From the NCBI GenBank assembly GCA_023515725.1, contig JALDTO010000213.1, positions 380,280 to 444,279 of the forward strand: a stretch of DNA of 64,000 nt, written 5' to 3'. Position numbers and translations under genes: made by a program. Source of the DNA: Amoeboaphelidium protococcarum X5. Lineage: Eukaryota > Fungi > Aphelidiomycota. This document shows, one piece after another, positions 24,966 through 38,841 of the stretch (positions are counted from its first letter, which is position 1; each line of letters begins with the position of its first letter). Under the pieces are notes generated by a model. The model was not told the origin of the DNA. It did not search any database and saw only the letters and a list, made by a program, of their open reading frames with translations.

Positions 24966-26439
24966 ACATTGCAATAAAAAATATGGTTGCATTTAAGGGA
25001 TGAGTACGTATCAATAGGAGCACAGACACATTCGACTTATTGAATAGCCTGAGTCTACAAGTGCAAATATGCGTTCGAAGCAGTGGAGGCAGTGGAGGCA
25101 TATTGGAATGCTAAGTCTCCAAAGCACCCCGGCCTGCTGAGCAACTGGAAAGTCTCACCTACAACTAATCACCGCGATTAATTTTTTATAGCGCCCATTC
25201 CGGACACAGCTGTGTAAGATTCCTCTGTGGTGTCCAAAGAAAAGTCTGCTGTGGTTATGTAGAAAAATCTCAACAATATAGTAGGCCTGTGAACTTCATC
25301 ATCAAGAAGATATTGAGAAGGACAGACTCCAATATGCTCTCTCTATATCTATCGGACTGGAGTGATTTGAATCTGGCCAAGAATCTGATTGCAGAGAATA
25401 TTGGGGGCAAATATAGAGTAGGTTGATTAAAATATTAGAAATTAGAAATAATAGAGGCGTGGTACTGAGATGATTGTGTTGGCGATATTGGTAGTTAGTA
25501 CTTCGCGTTAATCTCAAGTTCATCATGTCGCCCCACCCAAAGCTGCCAGTTCTTAGGAAAACGCGCATAGTTTTAAAGATTTGTCTAGTGTGGCACCGTC
25601 TAAACTTGCGCAAAGAACATCCTCAGGTCAATGGGTGCTGCGTCATGTCTGTACAGCCTAGTTTAGGTTGATCGCTCGCTGGTCCGCAGATCACCACTTT
25701 AGTTTAGACAGCGACACTACTTAATAGTAATATATTGATCATCTAATATTAGTCTTTCACAACCATAGTTCAAAAGGTTAATGGTTCGTTAGATACATAC
25801 ACGTAGTTTGGATTATTCTCCAAATCTGGTAAATGCGATATTTGATATCTGGATAGATTTGCTGGTATTGAAGATTTGAGCGCGAATGTACATAAGAGTG
25901 GAGTGCTATTTATGAAATCTTTGACTGGTTAGGCTCAATCGTTCAAGATCAATAAAATACTTTTTATTGTACTAGGAAGGACGGGTAAAGAATACTATAT
26001 CCGATGTATCGATTCACTCCATAGCAATAGCTCCTAATTATCTGATGCCGAATCCTTAACAAGCTCGGAATTGAGTTTAGATCTGATTGCTCCCAAGTTA
26101 ATTTCACAGTTTGTATGCGACTCTATTCTATAGACTGTGAATACTTAAAGTGAACTGAAGCTATTTCTACATTTTCTTGATACGCAAATCAAGGGTGTTA
26201 GTTAATAAGGTGGTGTTTAGAAGGGAAGGAATATTGATCATCATAAGATGGCCTGCCAAGCAATGGAAAGCGTTAGTTTTTAGAAAGATTGCAGAGTGCA
26301 GTGATTGAAAGTAAGTATCTGATGTATAGGAGTATAACAAATTCAAAGCTGCAAGTCAACACAAAGACAGTAACATCTAGTATCTGAAGTTATATACAGA
26401 GCTTGGTAATAGAAATTTGGCATTGGAACGCGAGTGAGA

Positions 26440-26605
26440 AGTTGTTATGGAGATTGAAAAGATCATGAGATCTCACGAATGTAAATGGGAAAGTAGTCTT
26501 CCCTCTGGCATGTTACCGAAAATCAACCTCTAAGGATCACACCTGGATTTCAAAGGGGTCATTAAAGAAGCGGTTTGCTGATCTGGTGCAAAGATTCAAA
26601 CTTGG
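26440..26605 (+). mobile_element. Possible frameshifted chromodomain relic
   Basis: EIEKIM / VNGKVVF / KDHTWISKGSLKKRFADLVQRFK resembles the chromodomain pattern (EVEKI...GK..Y...TW....L...DL...F) spread across frames. Confidence 0.35.
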
Positions 26606-27176
26606 TTGCCAGATTCTCTTTCCTCCGTAGGCTTTCACGCAAAGCGGCGGGGAGATGTTGAACGAGTGGAGAGTGTCGAAAGTCTTTATGGTTTCATCTG
26701 GGAGTGATCAGGAAGCCGGCCTTTTACAGGGAATGATCAATCAACATAAATTACATGAATATTATGAGTGAAGCTGGCTATAGGACTTGTATGTCCGAGG
26801 GAGCTGAGTTCCTTAATCTTCTGGTGTCATTACTGCTGTGCTTAGTGACCCACCTATCAACTTTACAGCGCATTATGAACTCTAACTTCCGTAACTGTGA
26901 TAATCACTAAGCCATATCACCAAAATCCTCCAGCCATCCATCAATCACTTTGCGATATGTCACTACAACTCATGATCATTAACAATTAAGAGAGTAGGCA
27001 TTGCTGATTGGCTCGATCAACTTTAATCTTTCGCGGCTGTGACCATTTCGCTCCGACGCGCGTTTTCCTTTTTCACTGTTAATAAGTGGAGTTATAATTC
27101 ACCATCAATAATATATTGCTGTAATTCTCTTAATCAAATTTAACAATATTGTACTAAAAATTTTTATTATAGTATA

Positions 27177-29018
27177 ATGTATTTCCTTAGGCTCTTGGTT
27201 AATTTTAGTCTGCTGGATATACTCCTAATTAATGCGTGGTTGACGGGAATGAGTGCTAAATAACGACACTATTTGAATTACATTTAAATTGATGCGTACC
27301 AGAGTACTTAGAATCTGTCGCCACGATTATTTCAGACACCTGCTGTGAAGATTCTGTATAATAGTAGTCAGCCGGCAATTAGTGAGAATGTACTCAATTT
27401 CTAAAAGGGGGTGAATGCTGTCGGATTTTAATACCTGGACGATACCACTGGATGCAGTGTGAACAAGTCATACGTCACACCTTCTGTATTGACAGCGACG
27501 AATGGCAGTGCTAGTCCATCATCATCATAGAATATAAATACACCAACAATTTCGGATAGAAATTAATTTTAGGCTCTAATTCTCTCGCGAGATGGATGCT
27601 CTTTGGAATAGAAGGTCAACTTATCACTATCTCTGGACGTGGATATTGTATTAGTGTATGACACCAAGGATTCAGATAGCCTAGATTTGGATTAGTATTT
27701 AGCATCTAATGGCAGTGTAGGATTTGATATTTAGAATCCAGCTGTGCCTCTGGTATTAGTTGATTTTGAGGTTGGTAATACTATTCTGCAGTATCTCCAA
27801 GTATCAGCCAAGGCTAATCCTGAATTCAGTCCCGGTCTGGTGAAATTGATCATTGCGCAGGACGTGGTGCCTACAAGTCCGTATGGTGTGATTGAGTTTA
27901 CGCTTATTGTGGTCGTTGTACTGCTTGCTCTCAGTTTTGTAGCTTCCATTCTAATGCATTGTCATCTCTACAGGATTCGTAATTAAATGCGTTAACGTAA
28001 TATGGAATAGACTCTGGTGGATAGGCAGAGGCATTTGCTGACGTAGGCTGAATTCAATTCTTTACCAATATTCTTTTATAAGCCATTACCCGGTGATGAT
28101 AATGTTGATTCGAATGTGAATATCAAATAAGAGTCGGGAGATACTGAGCTAATTCCATAGAAATAGTAGCAGTAGAAGTAGTAATTGTAGTAATCTAAGC
28201 GTCCATTATCAGATGGCGAAATTGATCTTGGTGATTATAAAAGTGCAGCGTCTTCCAAAACTGCTTTAGAGCGGTCTTCGTCATTGCGCACCATCCACCA
28301 TAAACCGGATGATATTCGATAAAGTGTACTTAGACTGGCCACCAACTGCTCTATTTGTATTGATGATTTTGAAGAGGGAAATGAGTTGAAGGTGCTCCAG
28401 TGCGGTCACGTCTTCCACTCTGATTGTCTTTAGCCGTGGCTATGCGAGAAGAGCGGAGTATGTCCACTGTGTAAATTGAATATTGCTCAAGAATTTTGGG
28501 CCGTCCGTGATACTGGGGATAAGCAAGATGCTAATGGATTGCCTATTGATGAGAATATGCATCGTGATCGATCTCTTACAGATGTGGAATAGCAACAACA
28601 GCAATTATAATAGGATTATGAATAACATCAGCAAAATTCTTAATCTAATAATTGGTTCGGTCGATCTCTTAACTATGTTTTCCCTGTGGCAAGTCTGCGT
28701 GCACTGCGTCGATAGTCTATATCTACTGCATCATCTCTGTCGTCTTAATCGTAATAGGATTCCCTGCACAGTAATTATGACGCTGATGGTGCATACCGTA
28801 ATAATGGTGCTAATAATGATAATGAAGACGATATGCATTTCACTACAATTGAAATGAGTCAGTTAGAGCATCCTACTGAAGTTACATCTTCATCTGCTGA
28901 TATGGATAGTGATGCTCTTTCAAATAACCGTAATATCAATAAATAGACTATAGGCGATGTTGATGAGATTGTACCTGCAGATGAAGATGTACCTCAGCAA
29001 TAAGATAATCAAGTTTGA
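27177..29018 (+). CDS. PA-TM-RING E3 ubiquitin ligase (RNF13/RNF167/Goliath-like), 613 aa
   Basis: Signal peptide, PA-like SRDGCSLEQKV, TM segment FTLIVVVVLLALSFVASILM, and RING-H2 CSICIDDFEEGNELKVLQCGHVFHSDCLQPWL....CPLCK. Confidence 0.88.
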
Positions 29019-29136
29019 TCATTATGATTTCATTAAATAGATTTTTGTATATCAAGACTATAAAACACTTTAATTGTGAATCTTAAAGCTAAATTGTACA
29101 ATAATAAAAACCAAGTTTATAGATCGATGATCAGTG

Positions 29137-30327
29137 TCATGATTAGGAAGACGATTATGGATTCCCATTCTGAGTCGAGTGATGTAGATGCCTCTGTTCA
29201 CATAACGTCCGTACAGAGTCAAAGTACTTCAACTTCATCGCCTCCTTGGCCAAGTACCTTTCTGCATGATCATACTTTAGCAGTCCATCTAAAAACTCTA
29301 ACGCGTCATCAGTGGCAAACTGTTAATTCTATGCATTGATAAACTTATTCCAAGGCTTGCGAACACATCGTACCAGAAGATTATTGTAATGCGGATCGAG
29401 ATTAATGCTGTACTTGCGAACATAAGAGACCAATTCTTCAGTACCAAGAACTTTGGTAATCTTCACCAGCTAATCATAATTGTCATCGCCCTGAAAGAAG
29501 GGCTCCTTCTTGAAAATGATCGATGCAAACATACAACCAAGAGACCACATGTCCAGTGAGTAATCATACTACTAGAAATCGACAAGTAATTCCGGGCCTT
29601 TGAAATATCGACTAGCCACTCGGACATTGAATAGTACACCTGGGATATAAAAGTCAGCGAGACCCCAGTCGATCAGGCGCAATTCTCGTCGCTCATGATC
29701 AATCATCACATTGTGTGGCTTCACGTCACGGTGCACAATGCCGCGAGAATGACAAAAATCCAGAGCTTTAAGCAACTCATACATGTAGTATCGGATATCA
29801 TCGGGTGAGAGTGTAGGATACAATACTTTGAAATCAGTATTATTGACGTGTTCAAAGATTAGCGATGGTGTCCGCGAAGATCTATCCCGCACCACGTCCA
29901 GCAATCTGATCACATTAGGACCACCAGCAATATTCTAAAGGATTTTAATTTCTCGCTTAATCTTCTTCTTCCTCACAGGCTTCAAGACTTTAATCACACA
30001 TTTCATTTCAGCTGTATCTTCCACTTACTGCTGCAGCTGCTGCTATTGAGATTGCTATAAATTAGCATTCTACAGTTGCAATTACCTATTGGCAGTGTCA
30101 TCATTCTACCTAATCTTTCGAATCACCTCCGGATTGACGCAGACACCTTCAAATACCTCCGAGTACTTTCCACGGCCCAGCTTACGCACAATTTCATAAT
30201 CATCTTGACTTCCCCACTCAATAACAGCATTCTCATAATCCCAATACTCCCGCGCCTATGTCTAATTAACATTGGCATACTCTCTCGCCACGCTCACTAT
30301 ATTCTTTGCAATCTAATATGTACTCAT
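29137..30327 (-). CDS. CKA1: Casein kinase II catalytic subunit alpha, with a Gln-rich insertion
   Basis: [60 protein letters not shown] and [12 protein letters not shown]. Confidence 0.97.
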
Positions 30328-30703
30328 CACTCACTCTCACAATCTAGATATGTCAATCAATCAATTGTCCAACGGAATAATGCAAGCACCAATTATCAGT
30401 TAGAGAAGCTAGTATATTATTAAAGCGAGCGAATAGAATCCACAATAGAAACTATCGCGATTCTTCTCTACACCTTGATGAAAATAATGCGGGGAGAGCC
30501 GTTGTAGATCTTTAACATTTTTCAAGGTTTTCACAAAGCGAACGGTTTTCGGCAACCTTAATGATCCCGACGCCGTTATAATGAGATGGCCGCCTGGTGG
30601 TTTAAAGCTTGCAACAATAAAATAAGAAATTCACTATAAGATTTGCAAAAATGTTTCAATATTTATTAAGCTCACAGATTTCAAATAGTCAGACTCAGAG
30701 AAT

Positions 30704-32287
30704 TCAATTAGCTTTACTTTTGACTTATTTCCTGGCCACCGACGGCGTTCTGGTCTTTGAGCTGCTGCGAGCGCGTCCCTTTCCACTTTTGCTCGCCTTT
30801 GGTGTTTCATCGTTCAGCAGTGAACCATTCTCCTATTATAATGCCTGCGTACGCGATGAATTACCTACTGACTCCTTTCTGCGAGAGGAATTACTTGCCG
30901 CTCTAGATCTACCGCGCACAGGAGAACTTTGAGCATACGGAATAGTGAGGCACTTGATTCCTAGAGTAGTACAGAATCGATCAATCACAATCAGTGCCCA
31001 TCTCAAATAGGCAACCAGGCAAAATAGAAAATAACATTGCAAATACAGAAGCTCACGTTCATGGGTAAACACTGACTAGCCAAACAACTTCTTAGAATTG
31101 GCCAATGCTGCGCCAACAGCCAGAGGTGCCATCATAAAGGTGAACATCTGAAATTGAGATCTGGTGACATAGGCCAGAATAATCTTGGTGGCAATTCTAC
31201 CAAACACCAGGCCAAGAGTCAGGATGAAGACAATCAAGTGGCCACCTCCAATTCCACCAGCATTTATAATCACACGACTTCCAGCCATTCGCCACAGTAT
31301 CCAAGAGTCTTAACCATTCAACCATGCGAATGCCAATCCAAAGTAGGTAAATATAGGAGTCAACTGAAGCAATGCTCTAAAGAAAAGCATATTGGCCTCA
31401 CTCCTCTTTGCCGTGTAATGGCGATCCGTGGTGTATTGAGTAAAAGCGCCCTTAACCGAGATGGCCCTGTACACATTGTACACACTGAATGGGATCTGGG
31501 TGAAGATGAGCAGGGAAACCATTCCAACAGCCAGACAATCTGTCAGTGTCATTGTGAGCAAAGTCTTGTTCAACACTGGGATGGTAAAACTAAACTTTGC
31601 CAACATAGCAGGAGATACGTATTTGGCCAGAGGTGTAAGCCAGAAACCAGGTCCATAGACACCAGACATCAACATCAACCCGCAAGCAATAATCAATCCC
31701 TCAGTAGGACCATTAATGTACCCAAGACAAAGGGTGCCGGTATAGAACTCTTCCCAAGTTGAAAAGTAGAACGCGGCAACAGCCATAGCGGGAATCAGCG
31801 CAGCCGTCCACGTATGACCAAGTCCCATGGCAGAGATCTACAATATGGCGCCCAGAGAGCAATTCAACGCATCGCAGCCATGATCAAACAGTTCACCCAG
31901 TGGAGAACTTGAATTAGTTCTACGCGCCTACTTTCCATCCACATTGTCAAACGTGGAGTACAGCCATAACCCAATGGCAGAGGTGAAGCATAACCAACGA
32001 GGAGCCTAGCTGCTGTTCACATCCATATCCGGGTTCAACATCCAGATTAGAATCACATTGACAATCACAAAACACAGACCGAGCAGGGTAATCAGATTAG
32101 GTGCCATCCACAGAGGGAACAAGTTTACACACCAAGACCAGTATGGTTGCAGAATGTTCTTACTTATAGGCGACAGATCCATACTCGAGTACTTGTACAA
32201 CTTCAAATTGGCCAATCCCTCATCACTTAGTGGATCTTGGACAACATTGGACTATTGACCAACTTTGGACACTTTTCTACTTGACAT
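30704..32287 (-). CDS. Choline/ethanolamine phosphotransferase (CDP-alcohol phosphotransferase), 527 aa
   Basis: WMAPNLITLLG and the signature DNVDGK(TAG=Q)ARRTNSSSPLGELFDHGCD; also TWEEFYTG and GPTEG. Confidence 0.94.
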
Positions 32288-32840
32288 TACCTAATGCTAA
32301 TAATTAAAATTTTATTCACTATATAAGAGGGAATTTAAATGTCAAATAAAAGTCTAATTTCCCGATTTAAATAATGCAGATAGAAGAACGAACGAATGAA
32401 TGAAGACGACACTTTAATGGAAACGCCTCAACGATCGTCAATAGAAGACGACGAGGACGACGACGTGTTTTCATCAGGAATCAATGAACGAATGAATGAG
32501 AAACGGGAATGGATGAACGGCCACACTCTCAATAGTTCTGTTTTGCTGATGAAATGCCTTTTTCGAGCTCTTCCCGCACTATATCACACTCTCGAGATAC
32601 GGTTGGCTTTGATGCGCGTTCTTTCATCTGCCACTCAGAAGAAAATTCTAGTGTGAATTGAATTTTTCTGTATTTTATTCTTATGAACTTATTATTAAGA
32701 GTGTGTGTTATTGACGTGATCAATGAAACTCAACTCGTCTCTCTGAATTGTCCTGTTCCTTCTTCTTTGTTCCGTATTAAACACTTGAATCTATTTTCTT
32801 GTATTACATTTTTTACGTTAAAACATATATATAATTTAGT

Positions 32841-34361
32841 ATGAATAAAGTTTATGGTAATTGGCCGCCTACTTTGACTGAGTAGTAGTTGAGAGAGTTG
32901 AAAGAGCATGCTGTGGATTACGCACTGTCTCATGGATTGGTTATGAAGAACAAGGATCTAAAGAGTATACAACATGCACCCATAGCATTATTTCCCTCTT
33001 CATTCCCACAGTCCGCCTTTGATTATGCATATGAAGTGCAGCCATCTTGGAACAAGTTGGTGGATGTTATCAGTTAGGACCACGAGTTTTTGTGTGGAAT
33101 CTTCTCTAAACTAGCTGCGGCTGATCCATTTTAGGCCAAGCTGTTTCAGATTTATAAAGAATGTTATGATCTTTAACAAGGTGTATAATCTCACACGTAA
33201 ACTGTTAGAATTGGCATTCACCGCTCAGATTATATGTTGCATTGGAGCAGCGCGTCAGATTCTTCGCCTATTGTTTAGCAGGTGGAATTGAATACTATAG
33301 CGTCCTCATTTTCGTCATTGTCCAGTCTGACCAGGGACTTGCACCAGTACCTGGCGCATCGCACTGGCTACTTTAATGATCAAGACGTGAGCACTATGAA
33401 CATTTATGCATCTTCAATGCCGCGCAACTAATCTTTAGAGTCTGTTGCCGCTGGCCTGGCTATGGCTCATTAATTGTATAAAAATTCCAAGGCTGCCGTT
33501 CTGTTTGTGGTACAACCAAATGAGAGGAATATCTTTGATCAGCGCTGGATTGAGTATCAGCTGATGGAGGTGCATCACATTAAAGTTTTGCGGCGTACTT
33601 TCTCAGAGTTGATAAAGCAATGTCAGGTGGACTCCAAGTCTAACGCGTTGTTGGTGGATGGTATAGAATGTGCCGTTGTATATTATAGAGCTGGTTATGT
33701 ACCGCATGATTATCCCACTGACAAGGAGTGGAATGTCAGACTCCAGATTGAAAAAAGTATGGCGATCAAGTGCCCTAATATTGCGTATCATTTGGTTGGT
33801 GCCAAGAAGGTGTAACAAGTACTTGCACAGCCTGGTGTTCTTGAAAGATTTTTAGCTTCTTCTTAATCAGCAGATAATAATGAAATCAGCGTCCATTCAG
33901 CTAAAGAGATTGATCAGTTACGACGATGCTTTACTGGCATTTACTCACTTGATGCGGACGAAGATGGTGATAGAAATACTTAGATGGCTTTAAACGCAGG
34001 CAGTGATCAGCAGTTTGTTCTTAAACCCCAGCTAGAAGGCGGCGGAAACAATTTTTATGGCCCAGATGTAAAGACTCAACTTGCGAAAATGTCCCGGAGT
34101 GAACGCAGTGGTTATATATTGATGCAAATGATACAACCGCCACCGTACAGAAATGTTTTGTTGAAAGATGGAGAGTTGGTGGAGCGTGATGTTGTGTGCG
34201 AGTTGGGAGTATATGGAATCTTCATAAAGTCAGGAGGTGCTGACAATAAAATTCATCTAAACCAGGCAGGTGGTCACTTACTTCGCACTAAAGCATCAGA
34301 TTCCAACGAGGGTGGTGTTGCTGCCGGATTCGCAGTAATTGATAATCCCACATTGTTTTGA
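32841..34361 (+). CDS. GSH2: Glutathione synthetase (eukaryotic type), 506 aa
   Basis: HRSDYMLH, QVELNTIASSF, VYYRAGY, GAKKV(TAA=Q)Q, FVLKPQLEGGGNN and NEGGVAAGFAVID. Confidence 0.96.
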
Positions 34362-34445
34362 TTTACATCATAACTCTATTCTGTAGTTGACTGAAAATCT
34401 TAATAAAAATGAATTTTAACTCGAAATAGGTGTCAATAAAATATT

Positions 34446-36039
34446 TCATAATTTATCATTTGATAAAGTTCTCGTAATGGTTGGTATTGTGGAAGACACC
34501 TTCTTGAGCTCATTCACAAAGGATAGACCCCAATAGGCGGCGGTGTGCTTGTTCACATACTTGAACAACTTCTCGTGATTTCTCTTCTTATCTTCGTCAG
34601 ACATTGTCAGCGCCTTGTGAATAGACTCGGCCAATTCCTCAGTGTTCCATGGATTGACAATGATGGAGCCGTTAAGACTTTAAGCGGCGCCGGCAAATTC
34701 ACTAAGCACTAGCACGCCATGGTTATCTCTCTGACAAGTAATGTACTCATACGATACCAAATTCATACCGTCACGCGTAGATGACACCAGACAAGCATCA
34801 GCGATAGTATACAGAGCCACCAGTTCTTCAAAGTTTACACTCTTGTTCATAAAATGAATTGGCATAAAATCGATGCTACCATACTTACCGTTAATTCTAC
34901 CAACCAATTCATTTACATTAGCCGACAGATTCTTGTACTCTGGCACATCAGTTCTAGATGGAACGGCAACTTGCACCAGCACAACCTTATCCTAGAACTC
35001 CTTATGATTCTGCAGAAAAACTTCTAGTGCATGCAACTTCTACGGCACTCCCTTGATATAATCTAATCTATCAACACCGACCAGTACCTTCAATCCCTGG
35101 AACTTACCGCGCAACTTTTCGATTCTATCAATAATTTTGGAATCCTTAAGGCCATTGGTAAACTTCTCCGGATCAATACCAATCGGGTAAGTGCCCACGT
35201 GCACATGTCTTCCATCAAATTCTACTCCATTGGGAACAGTTGGCAGATCCAAGATTCTAGTACAGCTACTCAGAAAATGACGTGCATAATCATAAGTATG
35301 AAAGCCCAGCAGATCACTCTTCAACACACCCAACAGAATCTCCTTTCTCACCGGCAAGATACGATAAATCTCACTAGAAGGGAACGGGGTGTGTAAGAAC
35401 CATCCAATCTTGATCTTTTTACCCGGATTACTCTCACGAATGAGGGAAGGGAGAAGCATCAGATGATAATCCTGAACCCAGACAATATCATTATCCTGAA
35501 TAATCTCACCCACCGCTTCGTTAAATAGCTGGTTAGCTTCATTATACGCAAGCCAATAATCTTCATTGAAGTTGATCTCACCAGGCAAGTAATGGAACAG
35601 CGGCCATAAAATACTATTGCTGAACCCATTATAATACAACTCGGCAACATCATCGCTGATGAACACTGGCAAGCAATTATATTACTCCTACAAATTCACG
35701 ATAAAACGGCAATTAATTAACAACTCAATCAGCCTGAGTACGGAGATTTAAACATACCATCAAAGACTTGCGCACACCCTCACGCTCTTCCTCTGGAATC
35801 TCAACGCCAGGCCAGCCGATCCAAGTAAAAGACATCTCCTTCTTCAGCCCACTCAATGCACTAACTAGACCTCCGCTAGACATTTTGTACTGCCACTCGC
35901 CGTCTGCATTCCTGGACATGGACACTGGCAGCCTATTACTAATCACTATCAATCTCTCCATATCTTCTTGCGAGCGTCTCTACTATTGCAGTGATTGTTA
36001 AGGTGGGTTGTTACTATCAGACTTTAATAGAACTACCAT
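34446..36039 (-). CDS. TPS1: Trehalose-6-phosphate synthase, one intron (35688-35757)
   Basis: SNRLPV, SSGGLVSAL, YYNGFSNSILWPLFHY, WVQDYHL, VDRLDYIKGVP(TAG=Q)KL, DGMNLVSYEY and LSEFAGAA(TAA=Q)SL. Confidence 0.97.
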
Positions 36040-36647
36040 TTCATCAACAAAAGAGATACACAAAAGTGGAACGTTAATATGAGTATGCAATAAGAGAGCG
36101 AATGAACAGCGAACAAGATTTACCTTTTAATGATCACCAGTATGAGATGGCGACGATGCTGAAGCGATGAATACAGCGTCCGCGTGTGCGTATGTGTGAA
36201 TGACTGACTGTTAAAGAGTCTTCGCGATAAGAGTTGAATCGTGAATGAACAGCAACGATCGAATGAACGAACGAACGAACGAACCAAAACGATGAATACG
36301 ATTTGTTCAAACGGGGGCGATCATCACATTTTCATCGCTGCCGTGATGGTTGACAGATGCGTTCATTAAGAAGACATTTGGACTGGCTAAAAAACAGCTG
36401 TTAATAAGTAAATTTCACACGAATTTCTACTTACAAAAAGTAAATGAATAAGGAACACGTGAGGTATCAACGGGAAAACTTGTTTCATTTGTATAAATTC
36501 TTAACAGAGCCAAGGATTGCGAATTCCGCGACGATGAACTACAGCGTCAATTACTTTTTTTGAAAACTTTAATAAGTGAGAACGAAAGGCGAAAAATTCT
36601 TCTTTGCCAGTCGTGCTTTGGAGAAAAGCAGTGTGTGTGTTTGTGTC

Positions 36648-38534
36648 ATGACGCAGTATGGTCGTGATCAAGTGAAATCGACGTTTATGAAGTATTACAA
36701 GAGGTTGAATCCTAGTAAGAAGGGTGCCCAATCATAATAGCATCAGCTTAAGGATGGCGAAAGATGGAATCTGCTATGGGAATTGATGGCGTATCTAAAT
36801 TTGGCTCTTTGTGAAAGTGCAACTAATCCGCAGTCTGGCGTAGACGTGTATCAAGTCTTGAACTATATCGGAGACGTGTATAGATATGCTGGCAAGAATG
36901 TTGATGCAGTTAGTTTTTACTAGAAAGCTGCTGAGACGTATCCACTATTTTCGCTGGCTTTTTCCAGAATGGCAATGACTCTATTCACCATCATAACTGC
37001 TCACTATTAGTAATTATAATTGAAGTAATCGCGTAGTGATAAAGATGGTTAAAGTGTCAAAAGTATTAAAGCTGAAGATGTTAACGGACCAACTATATTG
37101 GATGTTATATTCTATTCATGCGTTGCCATCAGTAAAAAGTAACCAGCTTCTGACGCGATGTCTAATCTACAAAAGTTTCTGCAATCATATTAAAAGTATG
37201 CTCTGTCTAATATGAACTCTGTAGATGACGTGTTTGCGTTATTGTTTCAATCGCTGGTGTTCACTGGATACGATGATCATTCGCTATTGCAATCATACGA
37301 GTCGCTGCTGCTGGGAGTTCCGTAGTAATCTTTCGACTCTTAGTAGTATGGAAAGTTGTTGATTGCATTGGCCTTTGCTGTGAAAACTGTCTGGGATAAG
37401 ATTGGCGCTAATAATGCGGATACTGCTGCTGATGATCAAGAGGCTCATGGTAAGATTAAGTGGCAATTGATTTGGAACTTTACCACTCTCATCACTACAA
37501 TTCAGCGTTTGATCAAGCGGAATAAATCGTAGAACAGGGATAGCGAAGAGTAATCAGAGCTAGTGCTAATACTTACATGGTTGAATGATAACGTTATGAT
37601 TGTTGAAAAGGTATTGGAGTACATTGCAGCTTTGGCTCTGGCCGATCGCGAGTACTTTAAGCGGCAATTCACTTAGTTCAGCGGTGCTTTATTGGAATTA
37701 GATTCTAAAAGTGTTCGTTTTAGCAAAGATTCTTCGTTATTATGGATGTTGGATGGCGTTGAATTTTTAGAGTCGTAATTGTCTTATCAGATGGAGTAGT
37801 ATCAATAAGCGACAAAAGTATTGAGTTAGAGAATAGCCGTGTTCAATGATGCTCTGTAGAAAAGTGCTTTGAACATTAGTGCCGCTCCATTTCAGCCTTA
37901 GCCTGTAAAAACTGCATCTGCATCATCATCTCGGCTACAAGGATCCAAAATTGTTACATAGTTATCAGGAGATGTTTTAAGCTCTTCTGTTAACTATTAG
38001 TTGAAGCCTGCAACCGCGTAGACATCCGCTGATAGTGAGTCTCAGAGGCAAGGTATCAATTAGCAGAGCACTGCAGCAGCTTTGCGTCTGTTACAAGCGT
38101 CGATCCAGTAGATGAACTAGGATTTCAAGATTGATGATTTAAAAGAGTAGTGCACGCAAGTGGTGATAAGCAAAGAGATGTTTGGCGACTTACCTCGTAT
38201 TCGCGAGTTGATTTAGCAAGGGAAGATTGTACTTACTGTACCTATCGCAGTCTATGAAGATTTGAGGAGGACTCAATTTTAATCTAAACTGTCTTAACAG
38301 GCTTTTGATATTATTGAGGAATTTAAAAGAGGATCTGGAGTGAAAGTATAATCTGCCTATGAAAAGCTCCCTTATAAAGGTGATGTTGCACTACTAGATG
38401 ATTATTCGCGTTCCTTTGTTGAGTGTATGCTTTACGCGGCTGAACAGCATGGTCAAATTACAGTGGCGACTATCCTTCCAAAGATTATTCAGGCGTGTCG
38501 CAAGAACAAGATTTAAATTTGGTCCAGATTCTGA
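36648..38534 (+). CDS. Est1/SMG5-6-7 family protein with a degenerate C-terminal PIN-like domain, 628 aa
   Basis: YIGDVYRY...AVSFYQKAAETYP...DVIFYSCVA....PASDAMSNL matches the Est1 TPR motif. The C-terminal VVISKE...LTVPIAVYEDL...ITVATI has PIN spacing but lacks the catalytic Asp residues. Confidence 0.65.
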
Positions 38535-38841
38535 ATGAGAGCCTTTGAATTTCTGTAGCTTTCGTGGCTGCTGTAAATCATCAGGTAAATTGGTATGCGT
38601 CTGAACTTTGTTCTGATCTTGTTCATTTGCTTCAGACTGCTTAAGCCCAAGTACTGATTATTAGCGCCTTGTAGTGGTTGGGATTTACCACTTCTGTATG
38701 GAATTGGCGTTAATATTAATATACACCTCTAATACAAGACTTATCATCAAGTTTTCTCTTGACTTGATCTCGTTTTTCTCTGCTTTTTATTCTTTATTTA
38801 TTCAAACATAAAGTGTACGCTTTGTAAAGTTTAAATATCAA

